Of a DNA stretch of 64,000 bases, positions 56,234-64,000 are shown piece by piece. Source of the DNA: an uncultured Gemmatimonadales bacterium (lineage in GTDB: Bacteria; Gemmatimonadota; Gemmatimonadetes; Longimicrobiales; RSA9); the NCBI GenBank assembly GCA_963816355.1, contig CAWFKH010000001.1:128001-192000 (forward strand), read 5' to 3'. A program made the translations under genes and the position numbers. The notes beneath the pieces were generated by a model that did not search any database, was not told the DNA's origin, and saw only the letters and a program-made list of their open reading frames with translations. Numbering within the stretch: position 1 is the first letter of the stretch; each line of letters begins with the position of its first letter.

Positions 56234-57003
56234 CCGTCCTCCCGCCGCACCGTCACGCCGTTGCGCTGCGCGGTGGGGAGTATGTAGAGGTCGAAGATGT
56301 TGACGTGGGGCGGCACATTCAGGACGTACAGCACCGCGTCCGCGACGTCCTCCGGCCCGAGCGGAGTGAAGCCGCGGTAGACGCCCGCCGCGCGATCCTC
56401 GTCGCCGTGGAAGCGGACCACGGAGAATTCCGTCTCGACGAGGCCCGGATTGACCGCGGAGACGCGGATCTTCGTGTCCGCCAGGTCGATGCTCATCCCC
56501 TCGTTGAGCGCGCGGACGGCGAACTTCGTCGCGTTGTAGACGTTGCCGGCCGGATACACCCAGCGGCCCGCCGTGCTGCCGATGTTGACGACGTGGCCGC
56601 GGTCGCGCTCGACCATTCCCGGCAGGATCGCGCGCGACACGTTGAGCAGCCCCTTGACGTTGGTGTCGATCATGCGGTCCCAGTCGCCGAAATCCCCCCG
56701 CTGGACGGGATCGAAGCCGGACGCCAGACCGGCGTTGTTGACCAGGATGTCGACCTCGACACCGGCGCCGCTCAGCTCCGCGACCGCGCTCGTCACGTTC
56801 TCACGATCCCGCACGTCCACCGGCTGCACGACGACGCGCGCGCGATCGCTCTCCAGGCCGTCCTTCAGCCGCGAGAGCCGCTCCGCGCGGCGCGCCCACA
56901 GAACGAGGTTCACCCCTTCCGCCGCCAGCGCGCGCGCGCACGCTTCGCCGATCCCGGCCGTCGCGCCGGTCACCAGTGCCCACTGCCCTCGAATCCGGTT
57001 CAT
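56230..57003 (-). CDS. SDR oxidoreductase (YdfG-like NADP-dependent 3-hydroxy acid dehydrogenase)
   Basis: TGATAGIG, NNAGL, YNATK and PGLVETEFS.VRF.GD motifs. Confidence 0.9.
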   Translation of the reverse strand: MNRIRGQWALVTGATAGIGEACARALAAEGVNLVLWARRAERLSRLKDGLESDRARVVVQPVDVRDRENVTSAVAELSGAGVEVDILVNNAGLASGFDPVQRGDFGDWDRMIDTNVKGLLNVSRAILPGMVERDRGHVVNIGSTAGRWVYPAGNVYNATKFAVRALNEGMSIDLADTKIRVSAVNPGLVETEFSVVRFHGDEDRAAGVYRGFTPLGPEDVADAVLYVLNVPPHVNIFDLYILPTAQRNGVTVRREDG

Positions 57004-57046
57004 CGCCCCGTCACGTTGATGTTGACTCCCGCGCCGCGTGCGCGGC

Positions 57047-58171
57047 TCACGCCTCCCCGCACGGGCGGAACGCCGCCGGCCGCCGGCGCCGCTCGTCCAC
57101 GTGGAGCTGGAACACGTCCGGCCGCGCGTAGTGGCCGACGACGTCGAAATCGAATCGCGCGCGCGCGATCGCGCCACGGTCCAGCTCCGCATAGAGGATC
57201 CCCTCGCGGTCGTAGAGCGGTCCGGCGAGGTAATCGCCGAGCGGTCCAACGATGGCGCTCCCTCCGCGGCAGAGGACGTCCGGCCTCCCTTCCAGCTCCT
57301 CTCGCCCCGGCAGGTCCGCGGGGTAGAGGTCGCGCGTCACGTACTGGTTGCAGCCCAGCACGAAGCAGCGGCCCTCGCAGGCGATGTGTCGCAGCGTCGC
57401 CTGCCACGAGTCGCGCGCGTCCGCGGTGGGAGCCAGGTAGAGCTCGACCCCCTTGGCGTACATCGCCATGCGCGCCAGCGGCATGTAGTTCTCCCAGCAG
57501 ATGAGGCCGCCGACGCGCCCCAGATCCGTCGCGACCACCGGCATCGTGCTGCCATCCCCCTCGCCCCACACCAGCCGCTCCGCGGCCGTCGGCTTCAGCT
57601 TGCGGTGCTTCCCCAGCAAGCGCCCGTCCGGGCCGAAGTGGAGCAGCGTGCAGTAGAGGGTTCCCCGCGAGTACTCGCCGTCCCGCTCGATGACGCCGAT
57701 GGCGAGGTGAACGGCCGACTCGCGCGCGATCGCCGCGAGCGCGTCGAACGCCGCGAGCGCGCCCGCGTCCTCCCCTTCCGCGCCGCCGTCCCGCGCCGCC
57801 GGCCCCGGGTCCGCCGGGTCCCCGGACGCCCGCGCACCGCCCGCCTCCGCCGCCCCCGGTACGACCACCGCGTTCGCCCGGTAGCGCTCGAACATCCGAC
57901 GGCCGGTGTCGCTGCGGCCGCCGATGACGGTGCCGAAGACGAGGCCCCACGGGTACGCGGGCACGTACGCCTCGGGGAAGAGGACCAGCCGCGCGCCGTT
58001 GTGGGACGCTTCGCGCGTGAGCCGCGCGACGTTGGCGATCGCCGCCTCGCGGTCGAATGGCGCTGGTGCGGCCTGAACGACGGCGACGCGCGCCGCGGGC
58101 GCGGGCGCCGCGCCGCCGGCCGCCGTGGCGCCGTCGCTCGAACGCGCCGGTCCGGACGCCGCCTCGCTCAC
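57047..58171 (-). CDS. nitrilase (carbon-nitrogen hydrolase branch 1)
   Basis: FPEAY, HRKLKPT..ER, LICWENYMP and DVVGHYARPDVF motifs. Confidence 0.92.
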   Translation of the reverse strand: MSEAASGPARSSDGATAAGGAAPAPAARVAVVQAAPAPFDREAAIANVARLTREASHNGARLVLFPEAYVPAYPWGLVFGTVIGGRSDTGRRMFERYRANAVVVPGAAEAGGARASGDPADPGPAARDGGAEGEDAGALAAFDALAAIARESAVHLAIGVIERDGEYSRGTLYCTLLHFGPDGRLLGKHRKLKPTAAERLVWGEGDGSTMPVVATDLGRVGGLICWENYMPLARMAMYAKGVELYLAPTADARDSWQATLRHIACEGRCFVLGCNQYVTRDLYPADLPGREELEGRPDVLCRGGSAIVGPLGDYLAGPLYDREGILYAELDRGAIARARFDFDVVGHYARPDVFQLHVDERRRRPAAFRPCGEA

Positions 58172-58575
58172 TGCTCCTCCAGCCCCTCGATGCGGTGGCG
58201 GCCGCGCTCGTCGCCCGCCTGCGCGCCGGAGCGGTAGAGGATCACGCGGGCCCGCTCGAGGGTGACGAGGCCGCCGCCGATCAGCTCGTCCAGCTCCGGC
58301 AGCAGCTCCTGAATGCGCTCCTCGGTCTCGACGACCTCGACCACGATCGGCAGATCGAGCGAGAGTCGGAGGATGCGGTCCGTGTGCAGCCGCGCGCTGG
58401 CGCCGAAGCCGGAGATGCCACGCAGCACGGTGGCGCCCGCGCAGCCTCGCTCGCGCAGCGTCGCCACGATCGCTTCATAGAGCGGCTTGCCCTTGTGCGG
58501 CCCCTCCTGGGCGCGGTCGCTCTCGCCGATGAAGATCCGCATGAGCGTGCGCTCGCCCGTGAATCGTTGCGTCAT
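58168..58575 (-). CDS. DUF190 (PII-like) protein
   Basis: MRIFIGESD…PLYEAIV…AGATVLRGISGFG…LSLDLPIVVE. Confidence 0.92.
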   Translation of the reverse strand: MTQRFTGERTLMRIFIGESDRAQEGPHKGKPLYEAIVATLRERGCAGATVLRGISGFGASARLHTDRILRLSLDLPIVVEVVETEERIQELLPELDELIGGGLVTLERARVILYRSGAQAGDERGRHRIEGLEEQ

Positions 58576-58961
58576 CGTGTCGCCCCCGCGTGGAGGATCG
58601 ACGCCGCCGCCCAGAAGCCGACGAACACGGCGCCGAGACCGAGCACGACGCTGCCGAGCGAGTAGAGCGCGGCCGCGCCCCACTCCCGATCCTGGACCAG
58701 CAGCGCCGCCTCGTAGCTGAACGTGCTGAACGTGGTGAAGGCACCCAGGAACCCGACCGCGATGAAGCCGCGCAGCTCGGGTGTCACGGGCACCGCCCCG
58801 AAGAGGCGGTAGAGGAAGCCGAGCAGCGCCGCCCCCACCACGTTCACGGCGAGGGTCCCCCACGGGTAGGCGGCGCCCGCCCACGCGTGAACCCAGCCGC
58901 CGACGGCGTAGCGCGCCACGGCTCCGAGCGCGCCGCCGCCCGCGATCCAGAGATAGAGCAC
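58572..58961 (-). CDS. crcB: fluoride efflux channel Fluc/CrcB
   Basis: GGALGAVARY, PWGTLAVN and GFLGAFTTFSTF motifs. Confidence 0.95.
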   Translation of the reverse strand: MLYLWIAGGGALGAVARYAVGGWVHAWAGAAYPWGTLAVNVVGAALLGFLYRLFGAVPVTPELRGFIAVGFLGAFTTFSTFSYEAALLVQDREWGAAALYSLGSVVLGLGAVFVGFWAAASILHAGATR

Positions 58962-58971
58962 GAGCGCCTCC

Positions 58972-60780
58972 TCAGCGCGCCGGGGGAGCGGCGGAGTCCG
59001 GCTCCGCGTCCCGGCGGGCCTCGACCGACTCCACCCGGAACGTGGGAGCCGCGTAGCCGGCGGGCACGTAGTCGGGCGGAACGGCGGCGGCGTTGCCGTC
59101 GCGAAGCGCTTCGTAGTGCGGCGAGGTGATCTCGATGCCCGCCTCGTTGAAGGCGTCCTGGATGTTGCGGTGGAGCTCCGAGTAGATCGTGGCCATGCGG
59201 TTCGGGTGCCGGGTGTAGACGTTGATCTCGTAGCTCACGTAAAAATCATTGAGCGCGGTCTGCAACACGAACGGCGGCGGCGTGTCCAGCGTGCCCTCGG
59301 TGCGCCCCGCCGCCTGCAGCAGCGCGGCGTGCACGTCGCGCCACGGGGCGTCATAGCCGATCGTCACCGTCGTGTGCAGGATCACGCCCCGCTCGGCGGC
59401 GGTCGAGCTGTAGTTGATGATATGGCTGCCCAGCACCATCGAGTTCGGCACCGTGATGTCGACGTTCTTGATCGTGCGGACGCGCGTCACGAGCAGGTTC
59501 TTCGCCACCACATCGCCCACGGTGTCCGCGATCTTGACGCGGTCGCCGACCTGGAACGGCCGCATGTAGACCATGACGAGACCGCCGAAGACGTTGGCGA
59601 CGGCCGACGCCGAACCGAAGGTGAGCAGCAGGCCGAGGAACGCCGCGACCCCCTTGAACCCCTCCGAGCTGCTCTTCGGCAGGTACGGCCAGATCAGGAT
59701 GACGGCGAACGCGAAGACGAGGAATCGGACGATCTTGTAGGTCGGATCGGCCCAATCCGGATAGAAGCCCTCGAACGTGATGCGGCGGTTCGCGATGCCG
59801 TCGAAGAAGAACCGGATCAGCTTCAGCAGATAGTACGTCGCGATCAGGATGACCCCGATCGACAGCAGGTTCGGCAGATACCCCGCGATCGCGCTCGCCA
59901 CGCCCGACACCGGCTGCCAGATGTAGTCGAGGAGCTGCGACGACAGGCCGCGCGTCCACGGGAAGAAGCTGAAGACGAGCGGCACGTACAGGTAGAGCAG
60001 CAGCGCCGTCGCGACGAAACGCACTACCCGCGCGGACACGACCAGCGCGTCCGCGATCCGTTCGGAGGAGACCAGCTCCAGCTTCTGGATGCGCAGCGAC
60101 GGGATCTTCGTGCGCCGCCACAGCCCGATCAGCCGGTATACGCGCGGGAAGAAGGCGGCGAACAGGCGCAGCAGCAGGACGAGCACCGCGGTGACGATCA
60201 GCGAGTAGACTACGCCCAGCGCCAGCGCCTTCACGCTCACCGTCTCCGCGCGCTCGCGCAGCGCTCGCGCCACGATGCCGGCGTAGCGCCGCGCCAGCAC
60301 CTCGCGCGTGGTCCCCTCCGCCGCGCCGTCCGCGTCCGTCACCGAAAGCAGGACGACGCCGCCCACCTTCAGTTCCGTGTCGCTCGTCGACTCCAGCACC
60401 AGCACCGTGTCCGCGGCCACCGCGCGCGGCGCCGACGAGAGCGCCTCGAGGCGCGAAGTGATCGCCGCCGCGCGCTGGGCGGCGCCGTACGGCCCGAGCC
60501 GCGCGCGGATGCGGAAGAGCGTGTCGCCCCCCAGCACGACCGGCCAGCCCGGTCCGCTCGCCGCGGCGGCCGCCGACGCCGATTCCGCGGGGATCGGCGC
60601 GCCCTGCGCCGCGCCGGTGTCGGCCACCGCCCCGGCCGGGCCGCGCTGGTCGGCGGCGCGTCCCGACGCCTGCTCGGCGGAGCTTGCTGTGGGCCGCGCG
60701 ATCGCGGCCGCTGGCGGCACCCAGACGGCGAGCCAGACGGCGATCAGACCGGCGACGGATCGACCCCGCTTCATCTCCAC
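58972..60780 (-). CDS. MscS-family mechanosensitive channel with periplasmic N-domain
   Basis: signal peptide; TMs; RPFQVGDRVKI…GDV, ITVPNS, IGYD.PW and IQDAFNEAGIEI motifs. Confidence 0.92.
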   Translation of the reverse strand: MEMKRGRSVAGLIAVWLAVWVPPAAAIARPTASSAEQASGRAADQRGPAGAVADTGAAQGAPIPAESASAAAAASGPGWPVVLGGDTLFRIRARLGPYGAAQRAAAITSRLEALSSAPRAVAADTVLVLESTSDTELKVGGVVLLSVTDADGAAEGTTREVLARRYAGIVARALRERAETVSVKALALGVVYSLIVTAVLVLLLRLFAAFFPRVYRLIGLWRRTKIPSLRIQKLELVSSERIADALVVSARVVRFVATALLLYLYVPLVFSFFPWTRGLSSQLLDYIWQPVSGVASAIAGYLPNLLSIGVILIATYYLLKLIRFFFDGIANRRITFEGFYPDWADPTYKIVRFLVFAFAVILIWPYLPKSSSEGFKGVAAFLGLLLTFGSASAVANVFGGLVMVYMRPFQVGDRVKIADTVGDVVAKNLLVTRVRTIKNVDITVPNSMVLGSHIINYSSTAAERGVILHTTVTIGYDAPWRDVHAALLQAAGRTEGTLDTPPPFVLQTALNDFYVSYEINVYTRHPNRMATIYSELHRNIQDAFNEAGIEITSPHYEALRDGNAAAVPPDYVPAGYAAPTFRVESVEARRDAEPDSAAPPAR

Positions 60781-60910
60781 GGCCTCGCGGTCCTCTTCGT
60801 GGGTCGCTCGCGGGAGCGGCCGGCGGCCCGCCGCCCTCGCCGCCCCCGCACGCGCTCGTAAGGTAGGGTGCCGCCGCCGCGCGCGCCCGCCGCTGTCCCG
60901 CGTGGCGCGC

Positions 60911-62812
60911 TCATCGCGACGAACCGTCCTCCACCATGTACGCCACGCCCCACGCGCCCGGACCGATGTGCGTCGCGATCACCGGCGTCGCCGGAGACAC
61001 CAGCATCTCGCGCTCGCCGAACTCGGCGTCGAGCGCCCCGCGGACCTCGTCGACCACCGCCGGGTGGGCCACGTGGATGACGCCGAAGCGCACGCGGCGC
61101 GCGTCGCCGATGCGGCCGCGCAGCGCCGCGACGATCCGCGGGAGCAGGTTGCCGCGCCCGCGTACGCGCGCGAGCGTCGCCACCCGCCCGTCCGGCTCCA
61201 GCGAGAGGATCGGGCGGATGTCGAGCAGGTTGCCCAGCAGCGCGCGGCCGCGCGTCACGCGGCCGGAGGCGATGAGGCGGTCGAAGCTCTCGACCGTGAA
61301 CAGGATGCCGGAGCGGCGGCGTACGCGCTCCAGCTCCGCCGCGATCGCCTCCGGCGGCTCGCCGGCCTCGGCGAGCTCCGCCGCCTTCACCACCAGCAGA
61401 CCCTGCAGCAGTGACGCGCCCAGCGAGTCGACCAGCCGCACCGGGGCGGCGTCGTACAGCTTCGCGGCCATCTCCGCCGATGCGAAGGTGCCGGACAGCG
61501 TCGAGCCGAGCAGCACGGCGACGATCGCCTCCGCATCCTGCGCCGCGCGGCGGAACCCGGCACGGAACTCCGCCGGTGCGGGTTGCGACGTCGTCGGGTG
61601 TGCACCCGCGAGGAGCCGCTCCGCGAACGTGGCGGACGTGATGTCGACGCGGTCGCGGAGCGATCCATCGTCGAAGACGAGCGTGAGGGGCACCACCGTG
61701 ATGCCGTGCGCGTTGACGACCTCGTCCGGGAGGTCGCACGCGGAGTCGGTCAGCACGCCGACCGGCCGCCGCACGAGCCCCGCGTGACGCGCGGCGGTAC
61801 GCTCCGCCGCGGCGTGCTGCGCCGCCATGTCCTCCGCCTTGTGCGCAACCATCTCGCCGACGCGTCGCAGGTAGTCGAACACCGCGTCCGGTGCGTCCGT
61901 ATGGATGTGGACCTTGAGAACGTCGCCCGCGCGGATCGCGATGACGGAATCACCCCGGCCCGCGAGCTCGCGACGCACCGCTTCCTCCTCCGGCAGGGAG
62001 CGGCCGCGCACGAGCGCCTCCGTGCAGTACCGGTAGACGCCGGATGGCCCATCGAAGTCGGCCAGCGCCGCGGCCACTGGCGTCCCCGCAGCCAGCGACC
62101 CGTCCGCCGCGCCGTCCGCGTCCGCCATCCCGTCCGCGTCCTCCGCGCCGTCGCCGTCGTCGCCGCCGCACGCGGCATCGCGCGTCGGCGCCTCGCCGTG
62201 AACGTAGCGGACGATGCCTTCCAGGATCGCGACGAACCCCTTGGCGCCCGCGTCGACAACGCCCGCCTTCTTCAGCACCGGCAGCAGCTCCGGCGTGTGC
62301 CGCAGCGATTCCCGGGCGCGCTCCAGGAGCGCTTCGGACAGCGGCTGGAAGTCCGCCGCCGCCGCGCCTTCGGCGGCCACCGCGCTCTCGGCGACATCCC
62401 GCATCACCGTGATGATCGTCCCCTCGACCGGCCGGTCGAGGGCGCCGTAGAGGTGCGTGACCGCTTCTCGCAGCGCGGCCGCGAACTCGCCCACGCTCAG
62501 GCGCGCGCGCCCGGCGACGCCCTGCGAGAAGCCGAGCATGAAGTGGGAGAGGATCATGCCGCAGTTGCCGCGGGCGCCGAGGACTCCCGCCTCCGCCGCC
62601 GCCGCCGCCACGGCGTGGAGCGGGAGGTCGCGGCTCCGGCGCAGCCGCTCGGAGATCGATCGCGCGGTGAGGGCGAGGTTCGTGCCCGTGTCGCCGTCCG
62701 GCACCGGGAAGACGTTGATCCGGTTCAGCTCCGCGCGCGACGCACGCGCGTGGTCCAGCCCCGCGATCAGCGCCCGGCGGAGACGGCCGCCGTCGATGTA
62801 GGCGATCTGCAT
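60911..62812 (-). CDS. DAK2-DegV fusion (fatty acid kinase FakA+FakB-like)
   Basis: LNRINVFPVPDGDTGTN, GARGN.G, VVDAGAKG, YCTE; then TDSACDL, TTSQP and HIGPGA. Confidence 0.92.
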   Translation of the reverse strand: MQIAYIDGGRLRRALIAGLDHARASRAELNRINVFPVPDGDTGTNLALTARSISERLRRSRDLPLHAVAAAAAEAGVLGARGNCGMILSHFMLGFSQGVAGRARLSVGEFAAALREAVTHLYGALDRPVEGTIITVMRDVAESAVAAEGAAAADFQPLSEALLERARESLRHTPELLPVLKKAGVVDAGAKGFVAILEGIVRYVHGEAPTRDAACGGDDGDGAEDADGMADADGAADGSLAAGTPVAAALADFDGPSGVYRYCTEALVRGRSLPEEEAVRRELAGRGDSVIAIRAGDVLKVHIHTDAPDAVFDYLRRVGEMVAHKAEDMAAQHAAAERTAARHAGLVRRPVGVLTDSACDLPDEVVNAHGITVVPLTLVFDDGSLRDRVDITSATFAERLLAGAHPTTSQPAPAEFRAGFRRAAQDAEAIVAVLLGSTLSGTFASAEMAAKLYDAAPVRLVDSLGASLLQGLLVVKAAELAEAGEPPEAIAAELERVRRRSGILFTVESFDRLIASGRVTRGRALLGNLLDIRPILSLEPDGRVATLARVRGRGNLLPRIVAALRGRIGDARRVRFGVIHVAHPAVVDEVRGALDAEFGEREMLVSPATPVIATHIGPGAWGVAYMVEDGSSR

Positions 62813-62935
62813 GGGGCGAAGATCGGAGGCCGCCGGACGGGACGCAACGGCGAGGCGCCTCCGCGCTGGAATCGCGGACGCAGTCGCGCTAGATTCCCCG
62901 CTCCCTGAACGCACCCCCATCCGCGGAGGCCCCAC

Positions 62936-63178
62936 GTGGAGCAGTTCGTCGAACGGAGCTTCGGCAGCCTGACCGTGCGCATCGACCGGTGGGCGTGCGT
63001 CGGGTACGGAGACTGCATCTCCGTCGCGCCGGAGGTCTTCGTCTTCGACGACCACAACCTCTGCTCGTTCCGGGAGGATCCGGAGCAGATCGAGCGCGAC
63101 CGCCTCGTCACCGCGTGCGCCGTCTGTCCTTCCGGCGCGCTCGCCGTCACCGAGGACGGCGCGATCATCGTACCGTAA
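62936..63178 (+). CDS. ferredoxin (single cluster, probably 3Fe-4S)
   Basis: CVGYGDC…APEVF…CPSGAL; GGAGG RBS before GTG. Confidence 0.85.
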   Translation: MEQFVERSFGSLTVRIDRWACVGYGDCISVAPEVFVFDDHNLCSFREDPEQIERDRLVTACAVCPSGALAVTEDGAIIVP

Positions 63179-63193
63179 CGTGACCTCGTAGCG

Positions 63194-64000
63194 ATGAACT
63201 CGACGGCACCCCATCCGCAGCCGACCGCCCCCGCGGCGGCGGCCGCCGCGTCGCCCTCGCGGCGGCGCGGCGCGGTGCGCGTCGGATCGTACATCGAGCT
63301 CACGAAGCCGGGGATCACCCGGCTCGTCACCATGACCGCCGCCGCCGGCTTCTACCTCGCCTCGCCCGCGGACGTGGACTGGGTCCGGCTGCTCTACACG
63401 CTCGTCGGCGTCGCCGTCGCCGCCGGCGGCGCGAACGCGCTCAACGAGTACACGGAACGCGAGTTGGACGCCCGCATGAGGCGGACCCGCGGGCGGCCGC
63501 TCCCCTCCGGCCGCGTCGGACGACGCGGCGCGCTGGTGTTCGCGCTGCTCGCGTCGATCGCCGGCACCCTCTACCTGCTGCTGCTCGTCAACGCGGCGAC
63601 CGCGCTGCTCGTCGCGCTGAGCATCGTGAGCTACGTCGTCGTCTACACCCCGCTGAAGACGCGCACCACGCTGGCGACGCTGGTCGGCGCCGTGCCCGGC
63701 GCGCTTCCGATCCTCGCCGGCTGGGCCGCCGCGGGTGGACGCGTGGGACCCGTTGCGTGGAGCCTCTTCCTCATCCTATTCCTCTGGCAGATTCCGCACT
63801 TCCTCGCGCTCGCCTGGATGCACCGCGACGACTACGCCCGCGGCGGGTACGCGATGCTCACCGTGTTCGACCCGGACGGCGGCGCGACGGGACGCCAGAC
63901 CCTGCTCTACTCGCTCGCCCTGCTCCCGGTCAGCCTGCTGCCGTCCGTCTTCGGCCTCACCGGCGCCCTCTACTTCGTGGGCGCCTTCGTCCTGGGCGTG
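63194..64000 (+). CDS. cyoE: heme O synthase (protoheme IX farnesyltransferase), truncated at the window end
   Basis: translated from the sequence: YIELTKPGI, ANALNEY.ER..D.RM.RT..RPLPSG, YTPLK, GAVPGALP and FLWQIPHF. Confidence 0.93.
   Translation, partial: MNSTAPHPQPTAPAAAAAASPSRRRGAVRVGSYIELTKPGITRLVTMTAAAGFYLASPADVDWVRLLYTLVGVAVAAGGANALNEYTERELDARMRRTRGRPLPSGRVGRRGALVFALLASIAGTLYLLLLVNAATALLVALSIVSYVVVYTPLKTRTTLATLVGAVPGALPILAGWAAAGGRVGPVAWSLFLILFLWQIPHFLALAWMHRDDYARGGYAMLTVFDPDGGATGRQTLLYSLALLPVSLLPSVFGLTGALYFVGAFVLGV

Noticed and set aside
60781..60910. Fluoride riboswitch upstream of the mscS-crcB run
   Set aside because: No GGCGAUGG…CGCC pseudoknot pattern seen; ggcgatggag near 2150 is just the hemE RBS region
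3697..61739. Many long Arg/Ala/Gly/Pro-rich ORFs in the track (e.g. 14478-17687 +, 19906-22749 +, 24824-27793 +, 50201-53326 +)
   Set aside because: They are shadow or antisense frames of real genes, expected at this GC content, and carry no family motifs

Overview
A very GC-rich bacterial chromosomal segment (roughly 70-75% GC by eye). Gene content and protein style suggest Gemmatimonadota, which is an inference. It holds about 57 mostly housekeeping or metabolic genes. I found no rRNA, tRNA, CRISPR array, transposase or prophage genes. In order: hemH-hemE, a secreted DinB, a PD40/Tricorn-C1/gamma-glutamyltransferase chimera, an MFS transporter, CoA-transferase-psd-rocD, ndh, M14 and LysM peptidases, and a bacterial CDC48 followed by a coupled ECF sigma/anti-sigma/deacetylase/acetyltransferase unit. 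Next come a sensor kinase, a fructosamine kinase/LMW-PTP pair, osmC, an ECF sigma, and infC with an AUC start. Then PBP1A with a D-S/T-rich tail, a reductase-less paaA-D-B-C-like diiron oxygenase cluster, an aromatic amino-acid decarboxylase and lspA. The window ends with a selenocysteine formate dehydrogenase operon (in-frame UGA plus SECIS), DAK2-DegV, mscS-crcB-DUF190-nitrilase-SDR-DUF4105, a ferredoxin and a truncated heme O synthase. Three genes have single-base frameshifts, which may be read errors. The most interesting leads are the Tricorn-chassis GGT, the sigma/acetylation module, the Paa-like cluster, glycosylation-sequon-like repeats, sharp local GC-skew inversions and a 194-bp inverted-repeat element. 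All family calls come from motif recognition, not database searches.
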